DNA from: Nitrospirota bacterium
GTDB taxonomy: Bacteria > Nitrospirota > UBA9217
Assembly (NCBI GenBank): GCA_963754875.1
Contig: CAVWHO010000019.1
Coordinates: 83,328 to 147,327 of the forward strand
DNA: 64,000 bases
Reading direction: 5' to 3'
Both the position numbers and the translations under genes were made by a program. A model generated the notes under the pieces. It had not been told where the DNA came from and ran no database searches. It saw nothing but the letters and a program-made list of their open reading frames with translations. Below are positions 39,779 to 51,947 of the stretch, piece by piece. Position 1 is the first letter of the stretch; each line of letters opens with the position of its first letter.

Positions 39779-40090
39779 TCACGGCATTTTTTTCCCCCGG
39801 GTAGAAGATTTCCCCCCCGATACCTTCATGATGCGGAGCTGTTCCTGATACTGCCGTTCCAGGTCTTGCCATTGTAGGAGTGATTCATAACTGCCTTCCC
39901 AGGCAGCGTAATCGTCCCGGTTGTCCGGGTCATCGTTCAGTCTGCCGGTGCGATATTCATCGATGAAACTACCTGTGGTTTTGTGATGTTTCTGTTCCAT
40001 AAGGGCGAGAGTTTTTTTAATGCGCTGAATCGTATTGCCGCAGACCTTCAGTTCCCGGAGCAGGGATATTTCGAATTCATCTGTATGCAT
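39779..40090 (-). CDS. Hypothetical helical protein
   Basis: Amphipathic ORF MHTDEFEISLLRE...EQKHHKTTGSF. Confidence 0.65.
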   Translation of the reverse strand: MHTDEFEISLLRELKVCGNTIQRIKKTLALMEQKHHKTTGSFIDEYRTGRLNDDPDNRDDYAAWEGSYESLLQWQDLERQYQEQLRIMKVSGGKSSTRGKKMP

Positions 40091-40326
40091 GTTCGATCCT
40101 TGGCCTTTGTGATGAAAATACATTAATATAAAGATTTACGAAAAACAAGGGGTAATGTATGCTTTCGATTTATGGCACCCATATCATACAGGTTTTGTAG
40201 ATTTTTGTTACAAGTTATGTTAATATATGTAACTTAAGGTGTTGATTTTTCGGCTTCCCTATGCCATTAGTCAGGTGTGAGGAACATAATGTGCAGAAAG
40301 GTTACACGGCTAGAGGTGATCAGATC

Positions 40327-40503
40327 ATGAAACGGGATATCTGGGGCTTTTTGTTCTGTCTCGGTCTTGTGCTGTTCTGCGGACCTTTTCTGAATATCTT
40401 CCATAATAGTCTCGCCTATTACCTGTTTATCATCTGGATCGCATTTATCGGGCTCATTTTCCTGGCCTCGACTTTTTCGGAACGGGACGATGGAGGAAAC
40501 TAA
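40327..40503 (+). CDS. Small two-TM protein preceding the SSS-type kinase
   Basis: SD GAGG; two hydrophobic stretches; stop abuts the next GTG. Confidence 0.75.
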   Translation: MKRDIWGFLFCLGLVLFCGPFLNIFHNSLAYYLFIIWIAFIGLIFLASTFSERDDGGN

Positions 40504-43449
40504 GTGTTTTCGCCCTGGCTACTTCTGTCTATTATTCTCGGTTACCTTCTGCTCCTTTTTTCCGTAGCGTATTTCGCGGAGCGGAAGGAACTGCAGGGGA
40601 AGAGCCTCGTATCAAATCCTTACATCTATTCTCTCTCTCTGGCCGTGTACTGCACCTCATGGACTTTTTACGGCAGCGTCGGCAAGGCGGCCAATGCAGG
40701 CCTGAGCTTTCTCACGATCTATATCGGCCCCACGCTCATGGCGGCGCTCTGGTGGATCGTGCTCCGGAAAATCGTCTACCTTTCCCGGGAGAACCGGATT
40801 ACCACGATCTCGGACTTTATCTCGTCCCGCTATGGCAAATCCATCGGTCTTTCCGTTCTCGTTACCATCGTGGCCGTCGTCGGCATTACCCCGTACCTCG
40901 GACTCCAGTTGAAGGCCGTGATGACGTCATTCGCCCTGCTTTCGGGAAGGCCGGAAGGCAGCCACTTCACCGGGGCGTTCATCTCATTGCTGCTCGGCGT
41001 GTTCGCCGTGATTTTCGGAGCCAGGAGGCTCGACGCCTCGGAACGCCATGGCGGACTGGTCTTTGCCGTGGCCTTCGAGTCCGCTATCAAGCTTGTGTCG
41101 TTCCTCCTTGTCGGGTTCTTCGTGACCTACGGTCTCTTTCACGGTTTCGGAGACATTCTAGGCAAAATACAGCAGGGGCCGTATGCGTCCCTCCTGAAAA
41201 TCGGGGACGGGTCTCCGGTCAGTTTCTCTGAATGGGTTTCGTTGACGTTTCTGTCCATGATGGCCATCATGTTTCTCCCCCGCCAGTTCCATGTTGCCGT
41301 TGTGGAGAACTATTCCGTGGACCACATTAAGAAGGCCATGTGGCTCTTCCCGCTGTATCTCTTCCTGATCAACATCTTCGTGCTGCCCATCGCCTGCGGG
41401 GGGCTGCTCCTCGGTGATCTCCCGCCTGCGGCGGACTATTTCGTGCTTAGCATCCCCATGCACTACGGCCACCCGCTCCTGGCGATTATCGTATTCATCG
41501 GCGGTTTTTCCGCGGCCACTGCCATGATCATCGTCGAGTCCATCGCTCTCAGCACCATGGTGATGAACAGCTTCGTCGTGCCCACTTTGTGGGACCTCTC
41601 CGCGATCAAGAATTTTTACGCCGTAGTCCTGAACATCAAACGCCTGGTGATCCTGGGATGTGTTTTCCTCGGCTATGTGTTTGCCATTTACATCGGCCAG
41701 TTCGACAGCCTCGTGGACATCGGCCTCAAATCGTTCGAAGCAGTCACCATCTTTGCGCCGTCCATCCTGCTCGGCCTTTACTGGAAAGGCGGAAACAAAA
41801 AGGGCGCAATCGCCGGCATTCTGGCCGGATTTTCCGTCTGGATATACACGCTGCTCATCCCGGCCCTCATGCGGGCGGGGATCATTGAGAAGGGCAATAT
41901 TCTGAATGCAATCTTCAACTCAACGCTTCTGAACCCTACGGCGCTCTTCGGGCTCGGAGGCCTGGACCGCTGGAGCCATTCCCTGTTCTGGGGACTGTTT
42001 TTGAACATCTGTTTCTACGTCGGGGTTTCGCTTCTGACCCGTCAGTCCGATGACGAGACGCACCAGGCCATTGTGTTCGTGGATTCCTTTTCACCGCTCA
42101 ACCTCGGACCTTCGTACCGGCCTTCGGGGATCGCCGAGGTCGAAGACATCCTGGGGCAGTACGTCGGCCCCGATGAGGCGCGTGAGGTTGTGAACGGCTT
42201 TCTCAGGAAGAACGGACTGACCCGGACTTCACTGTCAGGCGAATGGCTCATAAAGCTCCGAGAAGAGGCCGAGAGGGTCCTGTCCGGAGCGATGGGACCG
42301 TCCATCAGCACGCTCGTGTTCCAGGACCGGATGGTCCTGACCCACGACGAGGCTTTGCGCGTCTCGGACTCGATCCAGCATATATCCCGCAGCCTCCGGC
42401 TGTCGCGCCAGGAGCTTGCCGAGGCGAACCGGCAGCTTGCCATGCTCAAGGAGTTCAGCGAGAACATCATCGAAAGCCTTCCACTCGGCGTGGCCACGCT
42501 GGATGAGGCGTTGCGCGTCACATACTGGAACAGCGGCATGGAGATGATCACCGGCGTCGAGAAGTCCGACTCCCTCGAATGCGACGCCTCGGGCCTGCTT
42601 ACGTGCCTGGAGCCCAGGCTCTTTACCCCGGAGGTTCGCGAGGGAGAGATCACCTGCAGGAGAAATTTCGATCCCCAAATCATCCTGAAGGGATATGTGA
42701 GCAGACTCACCGGCGCCCAGAAAGGATACGTGCTCGTACTCGAAGATATCACGGAAAAGAAAAAAATCGAGGAGGAATTGTTTCGCGCAACGAAACACGC
42801 CAGCGTCGGGAGGCTCGCGGCGGGCGTGGCGCACGAGATCGGGAACCCGCTTGCCTCCATCTCATCGCTGGTGCAGGAACTCCAGACCGAGGATGTTTCG
42901 TCGTTCACCAAAGACTCTCTCACCACGATCAATGAGCATGTGCACCGTATTGCACGCATTGTCCGAAGCCTCGGCGACTTCGCGCGGCTCTATCCCAGGC
43001 AGAAGGTCGCGACGAGTCTGGGAGATATTCTGGAAAACACGCTCAACCTCGTCCGGTACGATAAAAACTTCCGCAAGATCGAGATCCGCACCGACGTACA
43101 GGCAACGCCGCCCCTCACGATCGACCCGGACCAGATCCAGCAGGTTTTTCTGAACCTGATTCTGAACGCGCGGGACGCCATGCCGAACGGAGGCAGTCTC
43201 GACATCTCCGTGAAGCATATTGACGGCCATGTTCTGATGCTGTTCGCCGATACCGGATGCGGCATTGACCCCGAGGTCAGAGACAAGGTTTTCGACCCCT
43301 TTTTCAGCACCAAGGGGCCCTCTAAAGGTACGGGATTAGGGCTTAGCATATGCTATAGCATCATCAAGGACCACGGCGGTACGATCGAGATCGATTCCGA
43401 AATAGACAAGGGAACGCGGTTTACGATTAAAATTCCCGTTGGTTCATAA
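40504..43449 (+). CDS. Sodium:solute symporter-fused PAS histidine kinase (CrbS/CbrA-like)
   Basis: SLAVYCTSWTFYGSVG, FLPRQFHV, PAS domain, AHEIGNP, NARDA, GTGLGL. Confidence 0.93.
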   Translation: MFSPWLLLSIILGYLLLLFSVAYFAERKELQGKSLVSNPYIYSLSLAVYCTSWTFYGSVGKAANAGLSFLTIYIGPTLMAALWWIVLRKIVYLSRENRITTISDFISSRYGKSIGLSVLVTIVAVVGITPYLGLQLKAVMTSFALLSGRPEGSHFTGAFISLLLGVFAVIFGARRLDASERHGGLVFAVAFESAIKLVSFLLVGFFVTYGLFHGFGDILGKIQQGPYASLLKIGDGSPVSFSEWVSLTFLSMMAIMFLPRQFHVAVVENYSVDHIKKAMWLFPLYLFLINIFVLPIACGGLLLGDLPPAADYFVLSIPMHYGHPLLAIIVFIGGFSAATAMIIVESIALSTMVMNSFVVPTLWDLSAIKNFYAVVLNIKRLVILGCVFLGYVFAIYIGQFDSLVDIGLKSFEAVTIFAPSILLGLYWKGGNKKGAIAGILAGFSVWIYTLLIPALMRAGIIEKGNILNAIFNSTLLNPTALFGLGGLDRWSHSLFWGLFLNICFYVGVSLLTRQSDDETHQAIVFVDSFSPLNLGPSYRPSGIAEVEDILGQYVGPDEAREVVNGFLRKNGLTRTSLSGEWLIKLREEAERVLSGAMGPSISTLVFQDRMVLTHDEALRVSDSIQHISRSLRLSRQELAEANRQLAMLKEFSENIIESLPLGVATLDEALRVTYWNSGMEMITGVEKSDSLECDASGLLTCLEPRLFTPEVREGEITCRRNFDPQIILKGYVSRLTGAQKGYVLVLEDITEKKKIEEELFRATKHASVGRLAAGVAHEIGNPLASISSLVQELQTEDVSSFTKDSLTTINEHVHRIARIVRSLGDFARLYPRQKVATSLGDILENTLNLVRYDKNFRKIEIRTDVQATPPLTIDPDQIQQVFLNLILNARDAMPNGGSLDISVKHIDGHVLMLFADTGCGIDPEVRDKVFDPFFSTKGPSKGTGLGLSICYSIIKDHGGTIEIDSEIDKGTRFTIKIPVGS

Positions 43450-43757
43450 CGCTGGTTTTCGGATCGAGCGATTTTTTGACAAGGTTACAGGAAAATTTAC
43501 ATAACCATGCGGGCGTAACCACGAAAAGGACAAGTTTATGAGATCATAGTTCCCGACTTCGTCCCCCCAAGCAAGACTGGCGGCACACACAGAGGGGCGG
43601 CTGCAAGTCTTGAATCTGTTTTTTTAATCCCCGTCCCACGTCCTCCACCCATCCTCTGTTATCGTATGCAACGGAGCGGGGCGCGGGACTGTGGTTCATG
43701 CTTTGTTTAATCTCGGGAATCCGCATAATGTGCGGATCACGGCAAAAAAGGGGCTTA

Positions 43758-45109
43758 ATGTCGAAGAGCATACTGATCGTAGAAGATGAAGAGACCTTGC
43801 GGGAGTCCATCAGACGGATCTTCGCAAAAGAAGGGTACGTCGTAGACGGCGCGGAGTCTGCCGAAAAGGCGCTCTCCCTTCTTGAGACGAGCGTGTACGA
43901 CGTGATCATCTCGGACATCATCCTTCCGGGTATGGACGGCATCGAAATGCTCACTCAGATACGTGAGCAGATCCCGGACCAGATCTTTATCGTGGTCACC
44001 GCGTACGCGTCGCTCGACACGTCGGTGAAGGCGCTCCGTGCCGGCGCCTATGATTACATCATGAAACCGATCATCCACGAAGAAATCAAACAGATCGTCC
44101 GGAATGCGCTGCGGCAGAAGAGCCTGCAGACCGAGAACGTGCTGCTCAAACGCGAGATCGGGAAGGACTATGACTTCAGCAGTATCATCGGCGAGACGCC
44201 CTCACTGAAGACGATCCTCGACGAAGTGAGAGAAGATCACGGACACGAAGAGCACGGTGTTGCTCCTCGGCGAGACCGGAACGGGCAAGGAGCTTTTCGC
44301 CCGTGTCATCCACCACAACAGCACGCGCCGCGACATGCCTTTTGTGCCGATCAACTGTTCCGCCATCCCCGAGACGCTCCTCGAGACCGAGCTTTTCGGC
44401 CACGTGCGCGGCGCTTTTACGGGGGCGGTGGCGACCAAGAAGGGCATTCTGGAAGAAGCCGAGGGCGGCACGGTGTTCCTCGATGAGATCGGCGACATGA
44501 GCATGTCGCTCCAGGCAAAGCTGCTGCGGGTCATCGAGGACCAGGTTATCCGGCCCGTGGGCAGTACGAAGGGGACAAAGGTCGACATCCGGCTGGTTTC
44601 CGCCACCAACAAAGACCTGAAGGCCGCGGTGCGGGCCGGGACATTCCGGGAAGACCTCTATTACCGTATCAACGTGATCGCCCTCCAGATCCCGCCGCTA
44701 CGGGAGCGGAAGGAAGACATTGAAGCGCTGGTACGGCACTATCTCGGGACGGTATGCGAACGACCTGGGGAAACCGACGAAAGACATATCGCCCGAAGCC
44801 ATGGATGTCCTGATGAATTACGAGTGGGCCGGGAATGTGCGTGAGCTCCAGAACGTTATGGAACGGGCCATCCTCATCTCCGACGGCGACCTGATCCGGC
44901 CCGAGCACCTGCCCGGCGGCATAAAAGAGCAGGCATCGTTCCATCACCAGGCCTTTGACCAGAAACTCTCGATCGAGGACTATACCAAGGCGTTCATTCT
45001 CCGCTACCAGATGGAATATAACGAACAACAACTTGCGGACATGCTCGGGATCACGCGCAAGTCGCTCTGGGAAAAACGGAAAAAATGGGGCATCCCGAAA
45101 GAGCGGTAG
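43758..45109 (+). CDS. sigma54-dependent NtrC-family regulator, two +1 indels (about 44230 and 44748)
   Basis: REC domain, [28 protein letters not shown] and HTH across three frames. Confidence 0.88.
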
Positions 45110-45238
45110 CGGGACGAGCTTACAGCCCAAAGTTCATGGCCCGACGTTCAGAGCATTTGTCTGCGGCCCTGTCGTCATGTGCGAAGGCCCATCAGTGTTT
45201 GAACTTTGAAGTACGGACGATGGACGATAATCGGAACT

Positions 45239-46815
45239 ATGTCTCTGAAGAAAAAAATAGCCCTCAGTTTCTTTATCAGCGCCTTCATCATCGCCATCCT
45301 GGCGGCGTTTGAATATGTGAACTTTCTCGAGATCAAGAAAGAGATCCGCTATCTCGAGATCACGGATACGCTCAGCCGTAAATCACTCCAGCTCCGGCGC
45401 CACGAGAAAAACTACTTTCTGTACAGCCCTCAAAAGGCGGACGAGGAATCCGCTGCCGTGCATGCCTACATCGACGAATTGAAACGCATGCTTGACCAGA
45501 ATCCGCGCATCGACCGGGCGGAGCAGCTTTCCCTGCGCGAACGGATCAACGAGTACGAACGCCGTTTCGCGAGAATCGAAGCAGAGGCAAAAAAACTGTC
45601 TCCCGCATTTCAGAAGGTCAGAACACGAAACCGGGCGAACGGGCACGTCATCGCACTCGTCGAATCCACGTTCCTGGAGCGGCCGGTGCAATCGGCCGAT
45701 TTTCTCGCAAAGGCGTTCCTGCTTCCACGGCTCCATCCCCTTATCACCGGGCTGCACGAACTGAACGCAGACATCCTGTCGCTCAGGAAGACCGGCGAAG
45801 AGATCCTGGTGCTGTCGAAGGACCTTGACAAGGTCGCCCGGGAAAAGACCGAGACGGTGATCCGCGTTTCCCAGATCGCCATTCTCATTTTTTTTCCGCT
45901 CTTCTTTCGTCGTGGGCATCGGCATGCTTTTTTTTATCACCACGAACGTGGTCAAAAGACTGATGCTTCTGATCACCGTGGTGGAAAAGACCGGCAAGGG
46001 TTCCTATCCGCACCTGGCCGTTGGCGCCCGGCGCAGAAATCCCGGTGATGAAGTGGGACTCCTGATCGACAAGTTCAACGACATGGAGGACCAGCTCGCC
46101 CTGCACGAAGAGGAGCTTGAGCGGAAGAACAAGGAACTGATGCAGACAAAAAAACTTGCGGCCATCGGCACGCTGGCATCGGGTGTGGCGCATGAATTGA
46201 ATAATCCACTGAACAACATTTATCTTTCGGCCCAGGTGCTGGCCCGGGAAGCCGGCGGCATGTGCTCGGCCGAAGCAACAGAGGCCGTGCACGATATCCT
46301 TGGCCAATCGGAGCGGGTGAAGCGGATCGTGAGCGAACTCCTGGAATTTGCCCGCGGGAAGGAGCCGCACTTCAGAGACGTCGATTTGGGCGAACTGATT
46401 AGCGATACCTACCGTCATCTCGGCAGTTCCCGGGACCTCGAGAACATCCGGTTTCTCCGGCAGTTTTGATTCGCCGTCGATCATCCTGTCCTCTGATGAA
46501 GGCCAGCTGGAACAGGTGTTTACGAACCTGTTCGCAAACGCGGTGGATGCCATGCAGCTGCAGGGCGAATTGACGGTCCATGCGAGACAGGAAACCGGTG
46601 CAACCGTCATTATCGTTTCGGACACGGGCAGGGGCATTCCCCGGGAATCGCAGGACAAGATTTTCGAGCCCTTCTTTACGACCAAAGACAAAGGCACAGG
46701 CCTCGGTCTTGCGATCGTGTATAATATCATCAAGAAACACAAGGGCAACATCGTTGTAGAGAGCGAAGCAGGCAGGGGCACAACGTTCACCATTACCCTT
46801 CCCTCGGGAACGTGA
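45239..46815 (+). CDS. HAMP sensor histidine kinase, two +1 indels (about 45905 and 46465)
   Basis: [10 protein letters not shown] periplasmic domain, AHELNNP, NAVDA, GTGLGL across three frames. Confidence 0.87.
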
Positions 46816-46936
46816 ACGGAAGAGACAGGCATAGACGGATAGTCGGTGACGCAAGAGGGAATTAGCGTGCTTCGTCGACGCCGGATCCCGGTTTCTTTCG
46901 TGACGTTGCTGTTTGACCCGGGCAGGTACGAAAAAT

Positions 46937-48269
46937 ATGGCATTTAAGATACTGATAGCCGAAGACGAGGAAATTACCCTCAAACACTTGACCAACGCCC
47001 TCCAGAAGGAGGGCTATGCGACAGTCGGTACGCAGAGCGGTCTGGATGCGTTTCAGCAGCTCGAGGGCGATCACTTCGACCTGCTGATCACCGACATCAG
47101 GATGCCCGGGTTGAGCGGTATGGAGCTTCTTGACAAGATCAAGGAGCGGCAAGCCGATGTGGAGGTGATCGTCATCACCGGCTTCGGCAGCATCGGTTCC
47201 GTGATCGAGGCCATGAAAAAAGGAGCCTACGACTACGTCACAAAGCCCTTCAACCTTGACGAGCTTCTGCTCAAGGTCAAGAAAATCCGGGAACAGCGCA
47301 CCCTGAAGAAGGAGAACATTGCGCTCAAAGCTTTTGCCGGCGCCGACAAAAAGGTGTCGATCATTGCGAAGAGCGCGAGCATGCATCACATCCTCGGCAT
47401 CATAGAAGGCATGAAGGAGTCGGATTGCAACGTGCTGTTGACGGGCGAGACCGGCGTGGGCAAAAGCCTGCTGGCCAAGATCATCCACTATACGAGCAGA
47501 CGGCAGGACATGCCCTTTCTTTCGATTAACTGCGCGACATTAACCGAAGAACTTCTGGCGAGCGAACTCTTCGGCCATGAAAAGGGGGCCTTCACCGGCG
47601 CGATCAAGACCAAGCAGGGGCTCGTGGAGATCGCTGACACGGGTACGTTGTTCCTGGACGAGATCGCCGAGATGGCGCCGAGCCTCCAGGCAAAACTTGC
47701 TCAAGGTGATCGAAGAAGGCGAGTTCTACCGCGTGGGCGGGACCAGGCCGATCAAAGTAGATGTTCGGTTCATCGCCGCCACGAACCAGAACGTCCGCTC
47801 CGTGATCGCCGAAGGCAGGTTCCGCGAGGACTTGTATTACCGGTTGAACATTATGGAAATATTCATTCCGCCACTACGCGACCGCAGGGACGACATCCCG
47901 CCGCTTTGCAGCTATTTTCTGGAGAAGCACCTGCCGAGTTCGCGCAAAAAGATCACCGGGTTCACGAAAGAAGCGATGAGCGTACTGATGCACTACAGTT
48001 ATCCCGGCAACGTGCGCGAATTGGAGAACATCGTCGAGCGTGCCATCATACTCGAAAAAAGCAGTCTCATCACGCCTGAGAGCCTGCCTCAGACGATCAA
48101 AATGTTCCAGATCGAGACCATCGAACCGGACAAAATCAAGACCATTGAAGAGCTGAACAAGGATTATGCCGAGAAGATTATCGATATGCTCGGCGGCAAC
48201 AAGTCAAGAGCCGCCGAAGTCCTCGGCATTTCGAGGACGAGCCTGTGGCGGATATTGAAGGAAGATTAG
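46937..48269 (+). CDS. sigma54-dependent NtrC-family regulator, one +1 indel near 47697
   Basis: REC domain, [23 protein letters not shown], Fis [17 protein letters not shown]. Confidence 0.9.
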
Positions 48270-48369
48270 TTTCGCCTGCCGTTGTTCTCTTCCAGATACC
48301 AAAAAAATCAGGACGCAGACAACGGCGGCGAGGGTAGATGAGAAGTAGTTCGAAGGAGAAAGTCTGTTC

Positions 48370-50753
48370 ATGAGAAACATTTATTCATCATTTTACGGAG
48401 TCATCATAGCGGTACTCACGGGCTCGTTAGTGTTGACGTATTTCGTGCATAGTGTCTGGGGCAATCTTTTTTTCGTTAATGAGCCTCTCCATACGACTAT
48501 GGAAGCATTCGGGTCCATCCTTGCAATGGCGGTGTCGCTGATCCTGTTCAGCAAGAACCAGCACTACCGTATCCTGAAAAAGAACTTGCTAGCGACAGGT
48601 TTTCTTGGGATGGGCATACTAAATGGTTTTCATGCCGTCTCCAGTCTTGGTCAGGGATTTTTTCTGCTTCAGTGTTTAGGCGGCATTGTCGGCAGCCTCT
48701 GTTTTGCCCTGTCCTGGCTGCCGCACTTCGATACGTATACAAGCGAAAAAAAATGGATCCCCTGGACAGTAGCCGCTTGCAGCGTGATGATCGGCATCTG
48801 GATCATCGGGTTTCAGGAACTGGTCCCCATTATGTTACACGACGACCAGATCACCACTGTTGCACTGGCAATGAATGTTCTTGCCGGTACATTATTTCTT
48901 GCGGCGACGGCATTTTTCGCACTCGACTTTCATCGTCACGGCAGGTTTGAATCGTATCTGTTCGCCTGTACTTTTCTTTTATTCGGCCTCGTAGATTTGG
49001 AACTTCCTTTTGCCTCCCTCTGGTATGCCAGTTGGTGGTTTTGTCATTTTCAGCAGCTGGCTCCGTACTTTATCATCGGCTATTTTTTGTTCCAGATCTA
49101 CCAGCGAGCGGAAATAGCGCTGCGAGGGAGTGAGGACACGTTCCGCACGATAACAGATACGCTGAAGGATGCCATTATCATGATGGATGATGATGAACGG
49201 GTATCTTTTTGGAATCCCGCGGCAGAAAAGCTGTTTGGGTATCCACGCCATGAGGCGATCGGCATGAAGCTGCATACACTGATCGTGCCCCACAGATATA
49301 TTGATGCTTATCAACGGGGATTGACTGCATTTAAGTCCGAAAGGGTCGGCCCTCTCATTGGCAAGACCTTCGAAATAGAGACTCGCAGAAAAGATGGAAA
49401 AGAAATCCCCGGAGAACTGTCTTTTTCAGCGATCCGGATAAAAGGGAAGTGGCATGCTGCAGGCATCATCCGGGACATCACGGAACGCAAGCTTGCCGAA
49501 GAAGAAGCCAGAACTGATGAAAAACGGCTGAGAAGCCTGGTGAAAATATCCCAAGCGAGAACGGCAACCCTGCAGGAGTTGCTCAATATCTCCCTTGACG
49601 AAGTCGTTGCTTTATCGAACAGCAAAGAGGGCTACCTTTGTATTTATAATGACGACAAAAAGGAAGTTGTCCATCGGGCTTGGTCAAAGGAAGTGATAAA
49701 ATCGTGCTCCATCACCGATCCGCCCACGGTCTGTCATATTGCAGAAACGGGGATATGGGGAGAGGCCGTCCGTCAACGCATACCTCTCATTATAAACGAT
49801 TTCAGGGCATACCATCCCCTGAAGAAAGGTTTCCCCGAAGGACATTCCCCGCTTGACCGATTTATGACGATTCCCGTCTTCAACTATGACCGCATTGTTG
49901 CCGTCGTTGGCGTTGCGAATAAGGAGAAAGAATATACAGACGGCGATGTGCAGCAGCTCAAGCAAATCATGGAGGCTGTATGGAATATCGCCGAGCGTAA
50001 GCTCTCCAGAGGAGCGGCTGCGTAAGGCCTATGACGAGTTGGAGATTCTCGTAGACGAACGGACCGCAGAATTGTCGATGGCGAACGAGCAGCTGCGAAA
50101 TCTTTCCGTATATTTACAGAACGCGAGGGAAAATGAGCGGACGATGATCGCCCGCGAGGTCCATGACGAATTGGGCCAGTCGCTGACGGCGCTTAAGATA
50201 GATCTCGCTCTCCTGACAAAGAGACTGCCCGCAGACCAAAAGTCCAGTCATGGAAAAGGCGGAGTCCATGGCCCAGCTCATTGAAACGACGATGCAAAGC
50301 GTAAAAAAAATTTCCACGGATTTGCGACCGGGGATCCTGGATCATCTCGGGCTCACCGCAGCAATTGAGTGGCAGGCTGAAGAATTCGAAAAAAGGACCG
50401 GCATACCCTGTACTGCCGTCTTCGAGCCCGATGAAATCGTGCTTGACAAGGACCGTACGACAACGGTTTTCCGTATCTTTCAGGAAACGCTGACCAACAT
50501 AGCCCGTCATGCGGAGGCGACAGAGGTTTCCGTGGTCCTGAAAAAGCGCTCCGACCGTCTGGTGCTTCAAGTTAGGGATGACGGCAAGGGGATCAGCGAA
50601 AAACATATGTCCGATCCCAAGTCCTTAGGCCTCATCGGGATCAGAGAGCGTGTACACTATTGGGGGGGGTCGCTGACGATCCGCGGCATACGTGACAAAG
50701 GCACGACGGTAACCGTACAACTTCCCCTTGACAGCAGGAGGGAAGCGTCTTGA
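48370..50753 (+). CDS. Membrane (MASE3-like) PAS-GAF HisKA_3 kinase, two +1 indels (about 50007 and 50243)
   Basis: Multi-TM N-terminus, WNPAAEKLFGY PAS, GAF, IAREVHDELGQ, QETLTNIARHA, DDGKG. Confidence 0.87.
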
Positions 50754-51380
50754 TAAAACTGTTGGTTGCGGACGACCACGCTATCGTTCGGAAGGGCATT
50801 GAGCAGATCATCGCGGAAACGGCCGACATCGTCGTGTCCGCTGAAGCGCGCAATGGTCAGGAAGTGATGGAAAAGGCGACAAAGAACGTTTATGACCTGG
50901 TATTGCTGGACATTGCAATGCCGGGGAGAGACGGCCTCGAAGTCCTGAAAGAGCTCAAAAAACAGCGACCGAAACTTGCCGTGCTTATGCTGAGCATGTA
51001 CCCTGAAGAGCAGTATGCTATTCGTGCGTTGCGTTCCGGCGCTGCAGGATACTTGACCAAAGAAAGTGCGCCAGATGAATTGATAGCTGCGATAAGAAAG
51101 GTATCGGCAGGCGGCAAATACATCAGTTCCTCACTTGCTGAGAAGATTGCCCACAAACTCGGGAATCATTCGGACTTGCCGCTTCATGAGCAGCTTTCCG
51201 ACCGCGAGTACCAGATTTTGATCATGCTTGCCAGCGGGAAAATCACTCACGGAGATCGCTGACGAGCTGGCGTTGAGTGTAAAGACGATCAGTACCTATC
51301 GGGCACGATTGCTGTCAAAGATGAACATGAAAAGTAATGCGGAGGTTACTCGATACGTTATTGAGAATAAGCTCGTGTAA
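50750..51380 (+). CDS. NarL/LuxR family response regulator, one +1 indel near 51240
   Basis: ADDHAIVRKG and LSDREYQ; shifted frame continues EIADELALSVKTISTYR to TAA at 51380. Confidence 0.9.
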
Positions 51381-51509
51381 GCAATGCTCAGGCTGATGCC
51401 AGTTAATCCTGCTGATGAATAAACGATCGGTAACGAATACCCGTTCACTATTTCTTACTGCACAACAAATGTCATCCCTTTCAAAAAGCGGAAATACTGC
51501 ACTCGTCTT

Positions 51510-51549
51510 TGTAGGACTGATTCCTACATAAAAAGTAGAATAATCCTAC
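51510..51549. promoter_or_regulatory. Tandem palindromic operator, probably for a NarL-type regulator
   Basis: Perfect TGTAGGA-N5-TCCTACA plus a second GTAGA-N5-CCTAC. Confidence 0.6.
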
Positions 51550-51665
51550 GTAAATATCAGCCTTTTCTCATCTTACCTTTCTCGTGACTTTACGATATGC
51601 TCTATGCAACGAACAGCTCAAGTTGTCACCCATCTGCTTTAAATATGTAACGAAAGGCGTGAATT

Positions 51666-51863
51666 ATGCGATGCCCCCATTTAACGGAACACATATTTCC
51701 GCTTGCGCTGTGGATAAAGGCAGTTTACATCCCGAGTTTGTTCGAGCTCGAAGAATACTGCAAGACCTCCAGACATAAAAAATGTCCCCTTTCTTACGGC
51801 AGAGTGCAGGGGAACGGCTTGTTCACCTTATCGAACAATCTGCAAAAGCACGTTACTGAGTAA
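51666..51863 (+). CDS. Small Cys-rich hypothetical protein, possibly with compensating indels
   Basis: MRCPHL...YIPSLFELEEYC...HKKCP; SD-like AAAGG. Confidence 0.6.
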   Translation: MRCPHLTEHIFPLALWIKAVYIPSLFELEEYCKTSRHKKCPLSYGRVQGNGLFTLSNNLQKHVTE

Positions 51864-51947
51864 GGCTATATCTTCCAGCTCGATTGCAGAAGAGCGTGAC
51901 ACACCCCTGCAATTGACGGCGCTGGTCATCAGAATGAGCCAGGAAAA

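Noticed and set aside
39779..40090. Antitoxin of a toxin-antitoxin pair
   Set aside because: Only vague resemblance, and no adjacent toxin gene
43758..51380. Programmed ribosomal frameshifting or phase variation in the signalling genes
   Set aside because: No consistent slippery motif or long homopolymer; the pattern fits sequencing insertions
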